DNA from: Marispirochaeta sp.
GTDB lineage: Bacteria; Spirochaetota; Spirochaetia; JC444; Marispirochaetaceae
Reading direction: 5' to 3'
Assembly: GCA_963676835.2 (NCBI GenBank)
Contig: CAXXFF010000001.1
Coordinates: forward strand, 884,795 to 948,794
Length of the DNA: 64,000 nucleotides
The position numbers and the translations under genes were made by a program. The notes below the pieces were generated by a model. It was not told the DNA's origin, made no database searches, and was given only the letters and a program-made list of their open reading frames with translations. Below, in pieces: positions 19,875 through 29,880 of this stretch (within the stretch, counting starts at the first letter, position 1; every line of letters begins with the position of its first letter).

Positions 19875-19881
19875 GAATAAA

Positions 19882-19954
19882 AGCGTAGCCTCACAGGGAT
19901 GTTTTGTCAATCGTTTTTCAATTTCTTGACATCCATCCCTACCGGGGTCATACT
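19882..19954. promoter_or_regulatory. Back-to-back sigma-70 promoters
   Basis: Minus: TTGACA(19910-05)-17-TACGCT(19887-82). Plus: TTGACA(19926-31)-17-CATACT(19949-54). Confidence 0.8.
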
Positions 19955-19962
19955 TGCCCCAT

Positions 19963-21345
19963 ATGGATGCTACAATATTTATAATTCCTTTCAGCATCGT
20001 GATCATCGTTGCCGGCACTTTTTTTCTTATGTCCAAGGGAAAAGGTGAAAGAGCGGAAAAGCAGCAGAAAGGAAAAAAAGTTAGATCAAAAGACCGTAAT
20101 CAGATTCTCCGGGATGCAAACCGCAGACTGGCCCAGAACCCCAAGGATGCCGAAGCCCTTGAAGCGCTGGGAGAACTCTATTTTTCCGAACAGACCTTCG
20201 ACAAAGCCATGCGGACCTTCGAAGTACTGGTTGACCTCTGTGCGACCAACAAACAGATTGATGAGTTTAATGTCACCCTGAAATATGCCCTGTCCGCATT
20301 GAAGATGAAGCAGTTCGAAGACGCCTATAAAAGTCTTATTATTGCCCGCAGCCTCAACGCGGAGGTTTTCGAAATAAACTATAACCTCGGCTACCTGGAG
20401 TTCCGTAAAAAGAATTACGAAAAAGCCGTACAGTTTCTGCTCCATGCCCGCAAGGATAAACCTGAACATGCAGCGACTCTTCGCTACCTGGGCAACAGCC
20501 TTTTCAGAATGAAAAAGGCCACCGAGGCGGTACCGGTTTTAAGGAAAGCCCTTGATCTCGAACCGGACGACAAGGAAAGCCTTTTCGCTTTGGGCCAGGC
20601 CTATAACGAGATGGGACAGAACGACAATGCCGTCAAGATATTTACCCATTTAAGGGCCGATCCTGTTATGGGGCCCAGTGCAGCCCTTTTTTCCGGTACA
20701 ATCCGGATGAATCAGCGTCAGTACGAAAAGGGCATGCTGGATTTTGAGATTGGACTCCGCCACGAGAACATCCCCCCAAAAATAGAGATGGAACTGAAAT
20801 ACCGGCTGGCCACGGCCTATGTCAAGCAGCAGGAGATCGGTTCCGCCCTGAGACTGTTCGAGGAAATCCATTCCGTGCAGCCTTCCTACAAGGATGTTCC
20901 CGCCCAGCTGAGAAAGTACAAGGAACTTCATGGAAACAGGAACCTTCAGACCTACCTTATTGCGGCAACTTCCGACTTTGTAACCCTCTGCCGCAAGCTG
21001 GTAAATACCTTTTTCCCGAAAGCAAAGGTTAAGATTGTTGATGTTTCGGTCCACAAAAGTGAATATGCCGATATCCTGGCAGAAATAAGTACCGCAAAAT
21101 GGGAAGATATGGTTCTCTTCCGTTTTGTCCGGACAACCAATACTGTAGGAGATCTGATTCTCAGGGATCTCTATTCCCGCAGCAAGGAAGTCAAGGCCGG
21201 CAGAGGCTTCTGCCTCAGTGCGGGAGATTTTTCCGACACTGCAGCTGCGTTTGTTGAGGCCCGTCTGATAGATCTTGTTCCCAAGGAGGAGCTTATGAAA
21301 AGGCTTCACCAGGTGGGACAGTCCCGGCCGGGAATGGTCGACTGA
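19963..21345 (+). CDS. Membrane-anchored TPR protein with C-terminal degenerate Mrr-like domain
   Basis: N-terminal TM, multiple TPR repeats, C-terminal F..LC..L/ADILA/VG...LRDLY/RG..LS.GDFS..A..F/IDL Mrr_cat-like pattern. Confidence 0.82.
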   Translation: MDATIFIIPFSIVIIVAGTFFLMSKGKGERAEKQQKGKKVRSKDRNQILRDANRRLAQNPKDAEALEALGELYFSEQTFDKAMRTFEVLVDLCATNKQIDEFNVTLKYALSALKMKQFEDAYKSLIIARSLNAEVFEINYNLGYLEFRKKNYEKAVQFLLHARKDKPEHAATLRYLGNSLFRMKKATEAVPVLRKALDLEPDDKESLFALGQAYNEMGQNDNAVKIFTHLRADPVMGPSAALFSGTIRMNQRQYEKGMLDFEIGLRHENIPPKIEMELKYRLATAYVKQQEIGSALRLFEEIHSVQPSYKDVPAQLRKYKELHGNRNLQTYLIAATSDFVTLCRKLVNTFFPKAKVKIVDVSVHKSEYADILAEISTAKWEDMVLFRFVRTTNTVGDLILRDLYSRSKEVKAGRGFCLSAGDFSDTAAAFVEARLIDLVPKEELMKRLHQVGQSRPGMVD

Positions 21346-21363
21346 AGCGGATTTGAACTCTGC

Positions 21364-21834
21364 ATGAACACCAATCTTCTCTGCGGCGCAATTTATACGG
21401 GATTTCTTATACCTATATGCTGGTACGATTGTACCGGCTTCAGGATTCCGGATCTGCTGTCCGGCGGATGCTTTGCGGCAGTGCTTATGCTTCAGCTTGC
21501 AGGTGCTTCATCGCCGGGGCTGCCTGTACTTATTGCAAGCGCTGCAGCGCCTGTATTGCTGCTCTTACTGTTGCGTTCTTTTTCCCGGGGAAGCCTGGGA
21601 CTGGGAGATGTAAAGCTCTCGGCTTCCACCGGGCTCCTTCTGCCGGGCATAGCCTGGCTTCCGGCTCTATCCCTGTCAGCTCTTACCGGACTGGCAGTTG
21701 CCGTTCCTCTGTATGCTGCAGGTAAAATAAACAGAAACACCCGTATACCCTTTGCCCCGTTTCTGGGAGCCGGAACCATTATAATCTGGACGGTACTGCA
21801 GTATAGGCCAAGGCTCTGGATCCGCTGGTTTTAA
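21364..21834 (+). CDS. Prepilin peptidase (A24 family)
   Basis: YD....RIPD, LGLGDVKL, IPFAPFL. Confidence 0.85.
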   Translation: MNTNLLCGAIYTGFLIPICWYDCTGFRIPDLLSGGCFAAVLMLQLAGASSPGLPVLIASAAAPVLLLLLLRSFSRGSLGLGDVKLSASTGLLLPGIAWLPALSLSALTGLAVAVPLYAAGKINRNTRIPFAPFLGAGTIIIWTVLQYRPRLWIRWF

Positions 21835-22491
21835 TCAGTGTTTCCGCCCCCGCACAAGATGGCGCTCCTCCCCTTCCGCTCCAAAGCGCAGAGGGAAAAC
21901 CTCCCAGTCCCAGCCCTGAACAGAAGAATGTGAAAGCTCTTCATCCACGGTTGACCGGCGTCCATGGTAATCAAAAAGCCAGCCCCCCGGCGGGATAAGG
22001 TGATCAACCAGAGGCAGGGCGTCAGGAATAGACCTGAATGCCCGCATGCAGAGAACATCCACCTGCTCGGAAACTCTTGAAACATCCGCCTCGAGAACCC
22101 TGGCAGTCGACGAGAGCCCGGCGGCAGGGACAGCATTACGCAGAAAGCCGGCCCTCTTTCCGGAGCGTTCAATCAGCAGCAGTTCTTCGGCCTTGAGAAA
22201 TACCATAAGCGGAATACCCGGAAGACCGGCACCGGAACCTACATCGGCCATGCGAAAGCTGCCGGAAAGCACCTCGGTAAAAAAGGAGAGCCCCGACAGT
22301 GAGTCCAGCAGATGCCGGGCGACCAGATCCCGATCCCCCCGTCCGATAAGGTTGAACTTGCGGTTCCAGATCAAAAGTTCCTGAAGATAGGCTTCAAGCC
22401 GCTTCAACTCTGCGGAACCGGCATCGATTCCAAGGTCCTTCAGTCCCTGAACAAGACGAGGCGTAATATTATCCACGTTTTCTTCCCACAT
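21835..22491 (-). CDS. rsmG: 16S rRNA m7G527 methyltransferase
   Basis: WNRKFNL, HLLDSL, DVGSGAGLPGIPL, RAF; follows mnmG. Confidence 0.94.
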   Translation of the reverse strand: MWEENVDNITPRLVQGLKDLGIDAGSAELKRLEAYLQELLIWNRKFNLIGRGDRDLVARHLLDSLSGLSFFTEVLSGSFRMADVGSGAGLPGIPLMVFLKAEELLLIERSGKRAGFLRNAVPAAGLSSTARVLEADVSRVSEQVDVLCMRAFRSIPDALPLVDHLIPPGGWLFDYHGRRSTVDEELSHSSVQGWDWEVFPLRFGAEGEERHLVRGRKH

Positions 22492-24319
22492 GAATCAGCA
22501 GAACCGAGATATCGCTGTTGCGCACGCCGGAAATACGTGACACCTGTCCTATATTGAGGGGACGGATTTCCATGAGCTTCTGCCGGGATTCCCCGGATAT
22601 CCCCTCAACGGCGGTGTAATCAAAATCATCGGGGATACGGATATTCTCCATTTTCTTAAACCGCTCCACCTGACGCTGCTGCCGCTGAATATAGCCTTCA
22701 TATTTGATATCAAGACCGCTTACGGTAATCCATTCTTCAGGATATGCCTCAAGCGACGGATCAAGCTTAAGCAGCAGATCCGGATCGCCCTCGGGGGATT
22801 TCATTAAATTGTACAGGCTCTTTCCGGTGTGAGAAGAGAGTTCTTCTTCTACCCGCCCGGCCATCTCCTTATCAAGGCGACGGGTTTTCAACAGCTCCCG
22901 GATCTCTTCTACACCGTTTTTCTTGGCTTCAAGCTGCTCAAGCGCCTGCGGCGGCAGCAGCCCGATATCCCGGCTGATGTCTTCAAGACGGACATCCACA
23001 TTGTCGTGCCGCAGAGAGAGGCGGTATTCAGCCCTGGAGGTAAACATCCGGTAAGGCTCTTCTGTTCCAAGTGTCACAAGATCATCGATGAGAACTCCCG
23101 TATAGGCCTCAGCCCGGGAGAGAATAACCGGCTCCTTTCCCTGCAGTCTGCGGCAGGCATTGATCCCGGCCACAAGGCCCTGACAGGCAGCCTCTTCGTA
23201 CCCGGAAGTCCCGTTAGTCTGTCCTGCAACGTAGAGTCCGGGATAGAGCTTACATTCCAGACTGGGAAAAAGCTGACGGGGGTCGATAAAATCATACTCC
23301 ACCGCATATCCGGGGCGCATAATCTGTACATGCTCAAGCCCCGGCAGAGTCCTCAGAAAGGCTTCCTGCACCGTCTCGGGGAGAGATGAGGAGATCCCGT
23401 TCAGGTACATCTCTTCACTCATAAATCCCTCGGGCTCAACAAAAATCTGATGCCGTTCCCTGTCGGGAAAACGTACAACCTTATCTTCAATAGACGGGCA
23501 GTACCTCGGACCGACTCCGGTAATCTTTCCGGAATAGAGAGGCGAATGATCCATATTTTCGCTGATGATCCTGTGGGTTTCCCCATTGGTGTAGGTTATA
23601 TAGCAGGGCTCTGACGGCCGCTCAACCGTGCCGCCGCGGAAGGAGAAACCAAGCATCCTTTCATCCCCGGGCTGCTCCTCCATGCGGGAAAAATCGATGC
23701 TGGAACGGGCTACCCTGGCGGGGGTTCCCGTTTTAAGGCGGCCGAGCTTCAGCCCGGCTCCCCGGAGAAACGTGCCCAGCCCCACCGCCGCGGCTTCGTT
23801 GAGCCTTCCGCCGGAAGCATGGTAGGCACCTATGAAAATGCGACCTTCCATAAACGTCCCTGTAGTGAGCACCACAGAAGAAGCTTCAAAGCGGCGCCCC
23901 CGTTCGGTTACCACCCCGTGGACAGCCTTTCCCGGTCCGTCAAGAATAAGCTCCGTTACGGTATCCTGAAAAAGATCAAGATTTCCCTGAGCCTCAAGAC
24001 TCTCCTTGGCAAGCTTTGAATAAAGATACTTGTCGGCCTGGGCCCGGGGCGCCTGCACCGCCGGCCCCCTGCGTCGATTGAGGATGCGGAACTGAATCAT
24101 GCTGGCATCGATGAGAAGTCCCATCTGACCGCCCAGGGCATCGACCTCCCGGACAATATTCCCCTTGGAAAGCCCGCCCACAGCGGGATTACAGGATAGC
24201 CTGCCGATGGCATCGAGGTGCTGGGTTATCATAAGGGTGCGAAAGCCCAACCGGGCAGAAGCAAGAGCAGCTTCTATTCCGGCATGGCCTCCTCCGACAA
24301 CAATTATATCGTGATCCAT
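22469..24319 (-). CDS. mnmG: tRNA uridine-5-carboxymethylaminomethyl modification enzyme MnmG (GidA)
   Basis: GGGHAGIEAA, SCNPAVGG, RLKTGTP, GPRYCPSIEDK, AGQTNGTSGYEEAA, EPYRMFTSRAE. Confidence 0.98.
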   Translation of the reverse strand: MDHDIIVVGGGHAGIEAALASARLGFRTLMITQHLDAIGRLSCNPAVGGLSKGNIVREVDALGGQMGLLIDASMIQFRILNRRRGPAVQAPRAQADKYLYSKLAKESLEAQGNLDLFQDTVTELILDGPGKAVHGVVTERGRRFEASSVVLTTGTFMEGRIFIGAYHASGGRLNEAAAVGLGTFLRGAGLKLGRLKTGTPARVARSSIDFSRMEEQPGDERMLGFSFRGGTVERPSEPCYITYTNGETHRIISENMDHSPLYSGKITGVGPRYCPSIEDKVVRFPDRERHQIFVEPEGFMSEEMYLNGISSSLPETVQEAFLRTLPGLEHVQIMRPGYAVEYDFIDPRQLFPSLECKLYPGLYVAGQTNGTSGYEEAACQGLVAGINACRRLQGKEPVILSRAEAYTGVLIDDLVTLGTEEPYRMFTSRAEYRLSLRHDNVDVRLEDISRDIGLLPPQALEQLEAKKNGVEEIRELLKTRRLDKEMAGRVEEELSSHTGKSLYNLMKSPEGDPDLLLKLDPSLEAYPEEWITVSGLDIKYEGYIQRQQRQVERFKKMENIRIPDDFDYTAVEGISGESRQKLMEIRPLNIGQVSRISGVRNSDISVLLIHVGRKRG

Positions 24320-24326
24320 AGGGTCC

Positions 24327-25685
24327 TCATTTTCCTACACAGAAGCGGGAGAACATATCGTTGAGAATCTCCTCGGTGGTAACTTCTCCCGTAAGCTCCC
24401 CCAGGGCATCCAGTGCTTCCTTCAGATCCACCCCCAGGGCATCGGCGGGCACCCCGGCATCAAGGCCCTCAAGCAGGTTATCCAGACTCACCGCCGCCTG
24501 CAGGAGCAGATCCCGCTGTCGGGCGGAATCAATTACAGCATCCGCAGAGCCGCTGCCTATTCCCAGCAGACGTTCGTGAATAGCGGATTCAAGTTCATGA
24601 AAACCCTCTCCGGTAAGGGTGCTTAGAGGTATATATCCTTGGGGAACAGATTCTCCAGGCAGATCTGCCTTGCTCCAGACAAACAGGGTTTTTTCAGGAC
24701 TGTAATTATCAGTTTCTCCGGGACTTATCCCGCCGGTGGAATCTACCAGGTAGAGAATCAGGTCCGCCTCACCGGTAACTTTTCCGGAACGGCGGATTCC
24801 TTCCTGTTCAACTGAGTCCTCGGCAGTACCGGCACGCAGTCCGGCTGTATCAAAGAGGGTAACCGGAAGTCCCCGGATGGTAATCTGCTCATGCACAAAA
24901 TCCCGGGTGGTTCCGTGAATATCAGAAACGATAGACCGGTCCTCCCGGACAAACAGGTTAAAGAGGGATGATTTACCCGCATTTGTACGTCCTGCAATAG
25001 CCAGCCGGGCACCCTCCTGATAGAGCCTTCCGGTGGCATAGGTAGCGGAAAGGGTTCTCAGCTTCTCCCCTGCTTCCGCAATGCCGGCCCGGTCTATAAC
25101 CGTATCGAGGGCCACCTCATCTTCGGGGTAATCCATCTGAATCTCCAGAGTCCCCATTACCCGTTTAAGAATATCCTTTACGCCGTTTATGCGGCTGCTG
25201 ATGCCTCCTCCGAGACGATGAAGCGCCATGGAGTGGGCGGCCCTGCTGCGGGAGGAAACAATTTCCCGCACAGCTTCCGCCTGGGTAAGATCGAGCCTGC
25301 CTTTCAGAAATGCCCGGAGAGTGAATTCCCCGGGTTCGGCATCCCGGAATCCGGCACCGCGCAGGAGATCAAGAATCAGCTGGATACCCGGAAGGCTGCC
25401 GTGGCAGTAGATCTCAACCGCCTCCTCTCCGGTATAGCCCCGCTCTGCATGAAATACTGCACATAAAACCTCATCCACCTCCATCCTGTTTTCAGGATTG
25501 ATCAATGTTCCGTGAACAAGGGTATGAGTTGCTGCCTGAAGAAGAGCATCAGGACGGGAAAAACAGCGGGAAAGAAGATCGATACTCCCGGAACCTGAGG
25601 TTCGAATAACAGCTACGGCGCTCTCACCCCAGGGAGTAGCCAGGGCGACAACAGGGTCATTTCTATCGTATGTGAGGGGTTTCAT
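24327..25685 (-). CDS. mnmE: tRNA modification GTPase MnmE (TrmE)
   Basis: EIYCHG, PGEFTLRAF, GRTNAGKSS, GTTRD, DTAG, C-terminal FCVGK. Confidence 0.97.
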   Translation of the reverse strand: MKPLTYDRNDPVVALATPWGESAVAVIRTSGSGSIDLLSRCFSRPDALLQAATHTLVHGTLINPENRMEVDEVLCAVFHAERGYTGEEAVEIYCHGSLPGIQLILDLLRGAGFRDAEPGEFTLRAFLKGRLDLTQAEAVREIVSSRSRAAHSMALHRLGGGISSRINGVKDILKRVMGTLEIQMDYPEDEVALDTVIDRAGIAEAGEKLRTLSATYATGRLYQEGARLAIAGRTNAGKSSLFNLFVREDRSIVSDIHGTTRDFVHEQITIRGLPVTLFDTAGLRAGTAEDSVEQEGIRRSGKVTGEADLILYLVDSTGGISPGETDNYSPEKTLFVWSKADLPGESVPQGYIPLSTLTGEGFHELESAIHERLLGIGSGSADAVIDSARQRDLLLQAAVSLDNLLEGLDAGVPADALGVDLKEALDALGELTGEVTTEEILNDMFSRFCVGK

Positions 25686-25734
25686 GCGGCGGATAGAATA
25701 CTCTTTTTAAGCCGGAATGGGAACTGCCGCGGCT

Positions 25735-26697
25735 TTAGTGTGCAGGAGAAACCAGAATGTTCATACTCTCAACCAGGTTCGTTATTGCCAGCTGATCATC
25801 TTCCACAAAAAACCTGAAATTCTCCGCATCCAGGTAATCCGCGGTGTAATGCTCAACCTGAAGATCCACCCGAAAAACCGGGTCGGCGGCAGCCTGGGCA
25901 AATATGGATTCAAGCTTGCTGCTGATCTCTTCAGAAGTTCTTGCGGGAACCCCCACCCCCCGCCATGTGGAAGAATACAAATCGTAGCCAAGCTCATGAA
26001 AGGTCGGTATATCCGGCAGAAAAGCACTCCGTTCAGAGGCCATCAGCGCCAGGGGCCGGACCATCTTCCGGTCCAGCCAGGGCTTGAGTTCTCCCGGATT
26101 TGCCAGGGTAAAATCCGCTTCTCCCGCAAGAAGTCCGGGGATAGATTCCGCTGCCCCGTTGTAGGGGATCTTGTTGAATGTTACGCCGGTTTTATATTCA
26201 AGCTCCAGGATATAAAAGTGGGGCTTGGCGGCACTTGCAAAACGTATCCTGCCTGGAGCTCCGGCTGCATCCTGAATTATTTCTCCGGGAGTTCTGTACT
26301 CTGATGCAGTCGGCACAGCCATGAGTGCCGGATCGCGGTTTACCAGGGCCAGCAGCCTGAAATCGTCTTTGGTAATCTGGGCGACCCCCACCGCCGGAAG
26401 GGAGACAAGCTCTCTGGTTACCATGGTCACGGTATAACCGTCAGGAACAGCCGCAGCCCCTGCAATATGGCCGGCAGCACCGGAGCCCCCAAGCACATTT
26501 TCGACCTCTACAGGATAGCCGATAATCTTTTCCACCCGCCGGGCCAGGGCCCGGGCAACCATATCTGTACCCCCTCCCCGGGAATAGGGAACGATAATCG
26601 TCATGCCCCTGGAGGGGAACTCTTCAGCGGTTCGCTTTTGCGGGAGACAGGAGATGAGAAGGAGAGAAATCAGAATACCGGGCAGAATTTTTTTCAT
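25735..26697 (-). CDS. Tripartite tricarboxylate transporter (Bug/TctC) substrate-binding lipoprotein
   Basis: Lipobox LISC; IIVPYSRGGGTD..AR, N..GGSG, PDGYT, IPYNG, PDIPTFHELG. Confidence 0.9.
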   Translation of the reverse strand: MKKILPGILISLLLISCLPQKRTAEEFPSRGMTIIVPYSRGGGTDMVARALARRVEKIIGYPVEVENVLGGSGAAGHIAGAAAVPDGYTVTMVTRELVSLPAVGVAQITKDDFRLLALVNRDPALMAVPTASEYRTPGEIIQDAAGAPGRIRFASAAKPHFYILELEYKTGVTFNKIPYNGAAESIPGLLAGEADFTLANPGELKPWLDRKMVRPLALMASERSAFLPDIPTFHELGYDLYSSTWRGVGVPARTSEEISSKLESIFAQAAADPVFRVDLQVEHYTADYLDAENFRFFVEDDQLAITNLVESMNILVSPAH

Positions 26698-28271
26698 AGA
26701 GGATAATCCCGCGGTGATTTGCCCGTAACCCGCCGGAAAATACGGCTGAAGGTTTCGGCATTACTTATACCTACAGCTTCTGCCACCTCGTAAACCCGCA
26801 TACTGCCCTCCTCGAGCAGGGAACAGGCTCTGGCAATACGCACATCGGTAAGATACGTGTTAAACCCTTTCCCGTGTTTCCGCGAAAAAGCCCTGCTGAG
26901 ATAGCTGGGATTTACCTTGAAAACTTCCGCAACACCCGACAGGGAGAGATCCAGAGCATAATTTTCCTGGATATAGCGGGCGACCCGGCTTTCCATGGAG
27001 CTTCCCCCTTCCATCTGCAGACGTATACCCTCTACGGCTCTCTTAAGCCACCGGTGATATACCGCAAGGGGAGACCTGGAAACCTGAATAACCCGGAACT
27101 GGTCCATTGTTTCGGCAAGTTCAGAACCATTTTCCATACCCATCTGCTCACACAGGGAGAGCAGATGATAGTAGCACTTCTCATACAACAACAGCAGCTC
27201 TGCGGCGGCTCTTCCGTTGATCTGCAGGGGTGACTCCAGCGAGTAGGTAGAAACTTCCTGAAGGAGGCCGGCCATATCCTTTTTTTTCAGGTAGTCCAGA
27301 AAGATTCGCAGCCTAGCCTCAATATCGGGAGCCGGGATTTTCAGGCTCTCCTCATAGCGGGAATAACCGTAGGTATGGCCTGTGCCACGGGACAGGTACA
27401 TACTGCAGCCAGCCTCCGCCTCTTTCATGGAGCGGTACAGATTCGGAACCCGGGATGTTGAAAAACCGGCGCTCAAACTGCACCTGTTTGAAATTGACTG
27501 AAGATACTCTTCGGTACGCTGCCGCAGAGACTCGGCGGCAATACTGAAATCACGCCAGGACATGGTCGTTCCGGGAAAGTGGAACAAGAGATACCCGCCG
27601 CCGTCACCGTAGCCGAACCAGCCTTCAAGGCTGTCCAGAAATGTTTCAAGATGTGCAGTCAACTCCCCTGTCAAGCTCACCGCATCATCCTCATCCCGGG
27701 AAAATTCATCGAGATGAAGCTGAAAAAGAAGAGAATAAACCGGATCGCCGGAAACAAAGGGCAACTGCTTTTCCGGCAGATCCAGAGCATCCACAGCCAC
27801 CCTCCGCTCCACACTGGACCGGAGCATCTGTCGGACAAAAAGACGTTCACTTGCTCCGGCATACCCTGTCCCCGGCTCCCCACCGAAAGAACGTCTTTTC
27901 TGCTCGTCCCTCTGACGCTGGATAACTTCCCTGAGGGTCTTCTCTTCAAGTTCCGTCTTGAGGATATAATCCACTATACCCAGCTGAAATGCCTGTTTAA
28001 CCAGGTGAAAATCATCAAAAGCACTGAGAACTATAAACCCTATATCCGGAAAGAGGTCCGAAGCCCGGCGGATAAGCTCAAGCCCATCCATTTCGGGCAT
28101 TCGAATGTCGGTTAAAACCAGATCAACCCGGTTGGTGCGGAGAAAATCAAGGGCATCAAGCCCGTTGTACGCCTCTCCGGCAACTGCAACCTCCAATGAT
28201 TTCCAGTCCAGCGTTCGTATCAGCCCTTCCCGGAACATCGGTTCATCATCAACTATTAAAAGCTGCAGCAT
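26694..28271 (-). CDS. YesN-type response regulator (REC + AraC HTH)
   Basis: LLIVDDE, DIRMPEMDG, DYILK; C-terminal AraC HTH (SYLSRAF...FSRIFRRVTGKSP); start ATG 28271. Confidence 0.92.
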   Translation of the reverse strand: MLQLLIVDDEPMFREGLIRTLDWKSLEVAVAGEAYNGLDALDFLRTNRVDLVLTDIRMPEMDGLELIRRASDLFPDIGFIVLSAFDDFHLVKQAFQLGIVDYILKTELEEKTLREVIQRQRDEQKRRSFGGEPGTGYAGASERLFVRQMLRSSVERRVAVDALDLPEKQLPFVSGDPVYSLLFQLHLDEFSRDEDDAVSLTGELTAHLETFLDSLEGWFGYGDGGGYLLFHFPGTTMSWRDFSIAAESLRQRTEEYLQSISNRCSLSAGFSTSRVPNLYRSMKEAEAGCSMYLSRGTGHTYGYSRYEESLKIPAPDIEARLRIFLDYLKKKDMAGLLQEVSTYSLESPLQINGRAAAELLLLYEKCYYHLLSLCEQMGMENGSELAETMDQFRVIQVSRSPLAVYHRWLKRAVEGIRLQMEGGSSMESRVARYIQENYALDLSLSGVAEVFKVNPSYLSRAFSRKHGKGFNTYLTDVRIARACSLLEEGSMRVYEVAEAVGISNAETFSRIFRRVTGKSPRDYPL

Positions 28272-29799
28272 CCCCTTCTCCTTCCAGCAGAGGCAGACAT
28301 ACATCCACCCTGGTAAATTCTCCCTCCCGGGATGCCAGACTGAGTCCGTAGCTATCTCCGAAGAGAAGAACAATACGGTCATGAATATTCCGCAGCCCGA
28401 TACAAACCTCTTTCTCGCCCTCCTCGCGGGGAGAATTCTCCATAATCAACGGAAGCCTGTCAGGAGAAATCCCCTTTCCATTGTCCAGAACAGAAAGCCT
28501 GAGTATATCCCCGTCCCTGGTTCCGGAAATCTCCAGAAGAGCCTCTTCAGTGCCGGTATTCAGCTTACCCGTAAGACCATGAAGAACGGCGTTTTCGAGC
28601 AGAGGCTGCAGAATCAACGCCGGAACCTGGTAATCGCCGAGAAACTCATCTTCCAGAGATACCCGGTAGACCAGTCTGTTCCTGTAACGAACCTGAATAA
28701 CCGCAATGTAATCCTGCATAATCTCAAGCTCTTCCGAAAGGGAGATGAGTCCTTCACTCCGGGTAATGGTATTCCGCAGAAGCCGGCTCAGGGACTGAAT
28801 ACTATCAGCGGTTTCCGACTCTCCCCGAAGAGCAGCACTCATGCGCAGAGACCCCAGGGTATTGTAGAGAAAATGGGGATTAATCTGATACTGCAGGGCT
28901 CTGAACTGGGCTTTGCGGGTTTCACGCTCTTTATACAGGGAATCTTCATACAGGCCGTGAATTCTTTCCGCCATACGGTTGAAGGCGGAATGAATCATGC
29001 TTACCTCATTCTCGATCCCGGGGACGACAGCGGTTTCTATCCGGGCAGGATTATCAAGTTCGCTCATTTCCTGCACCGTCCGGGCAAGTCTGTTTATGGG
29101 CTGCATAACCTTGTAAATGGAATAGAGGGAAACCAGCACAACCAGAGCCAGACTGAGGCTCACGAAAAAAAGCAGATAAAAAATATAGGTATTAATCTGC
29201 CCCGGGATTCTTAAGTTTATGGATTCCAGCAGCTGGGAAAAACTGTCGGAGGTAATGTCGAGAACAAACATCTGGGCAAGGAAGCTCTGATAAACCCGCC
29301 GCTCTTCATAACTCTCGGCTCCCTCTATAAGTGACTGAAGCTTCTGGAAAAAAAAGGTTTTATCCAGTTCATACAGTACCTGGGTTGCCCGTTCACCGTT
29401 TAACAGATTATGGAAGATTATCTGGCCATGGATCAGTTTATTTTTTGAAAACTGCCATACATACCAGGCTTTATCTATATCACCGTCAATTTCCGGCGGC
29501 AGAATGCGCAGAAGACGGTTTCGTTTCAGCGCGAAAAAAGCATCATCAAGATTCTCAGTCGCTTCAAGCCAGCTCTCTTCAAGTTTGGCCAGCCGGGTAA
29601 CCGAGTCGAGCCGGTAGTAGAGTACATCGTTGGTAATACGGTCCAGGGTGTTCCAGTAAGCCAGGATGGTGATGGTCTGATTGGATAGCTCTTTCAGGCT
29701 GAGCATAAAGCGGCTGACACCGATTGTAGCCGAAAAGAGCAGAATCATGATCAGCGATGAGGTAAGGGTGGTTGTCAGAATCTTGCGTGTAAGCTTCAT
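28249..29799 (-). CDS. YesM-type sensor histidine kinase
   Basis: Two TMs, HAMP, QINPHFLYNTL, LQPLLENAVLHG, DNGKG, IGLRNI; start ATG 29799. Confidence 0.92.
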   Translation of the reverse strand: MKLTRKILTTTLTSSLIMILLFSATIGVSRFMLSLKELSNQTITILAYWNTLDRITNDVLYYRLDSVTRLAKLEESWLEATENLDDAFFALKRNRLLRILPPEIDGDIDKAWYVWQFSKNKLIHGQIIFHNLLNGERATQVLYELDKTFFFQKLQSLIEGAESYEERRVYQSFLAQMFVLDITSDSFSQLLESINLRIPGQINTYIFYLLFFVSLSLALVVLVSLYSIYKVMQPINRLARTVQEMSELDNPARIETAVVPGIENEVSMIHSAFNRMAERIHGLYEDSLYKERETRKAQFRALQYQINPHFLYNTLGSLRMSAALRGESETADSIQSLSRLLRNTITRSEGLISLSEELEIMQDYIAVIQVRYRNRLVYRVSLEDEFLGDYQVPALILQPLLENAVLHGLTGKLNTGTEEALLEISGTRDGDILRLSVLDNGKGISPDRLPLIMENSPREEGEKEVCIGLRNIHDRIVLLFGDSYGLSLASREGEFTRVDVCLPLLEGEGDAAAFNS

Positions 29800-29880
29800 A
29801 TTATTCCGGCGGCAACGAAGATTATGATACCGGATAAATATCCGGTTGACCAGAAAAAGATTCGGGCACATTATGTGCCA

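Noticed and set aside
28105..29214. 369-aa plus-strand ORF (and similar long antisense ORFs at 934-1647, 20650-21309, 55020-55787, 60572-61270)
   Set aside because: These lie antisense to well-supported genes and have no recognisable motifs; they are shadow ORFs
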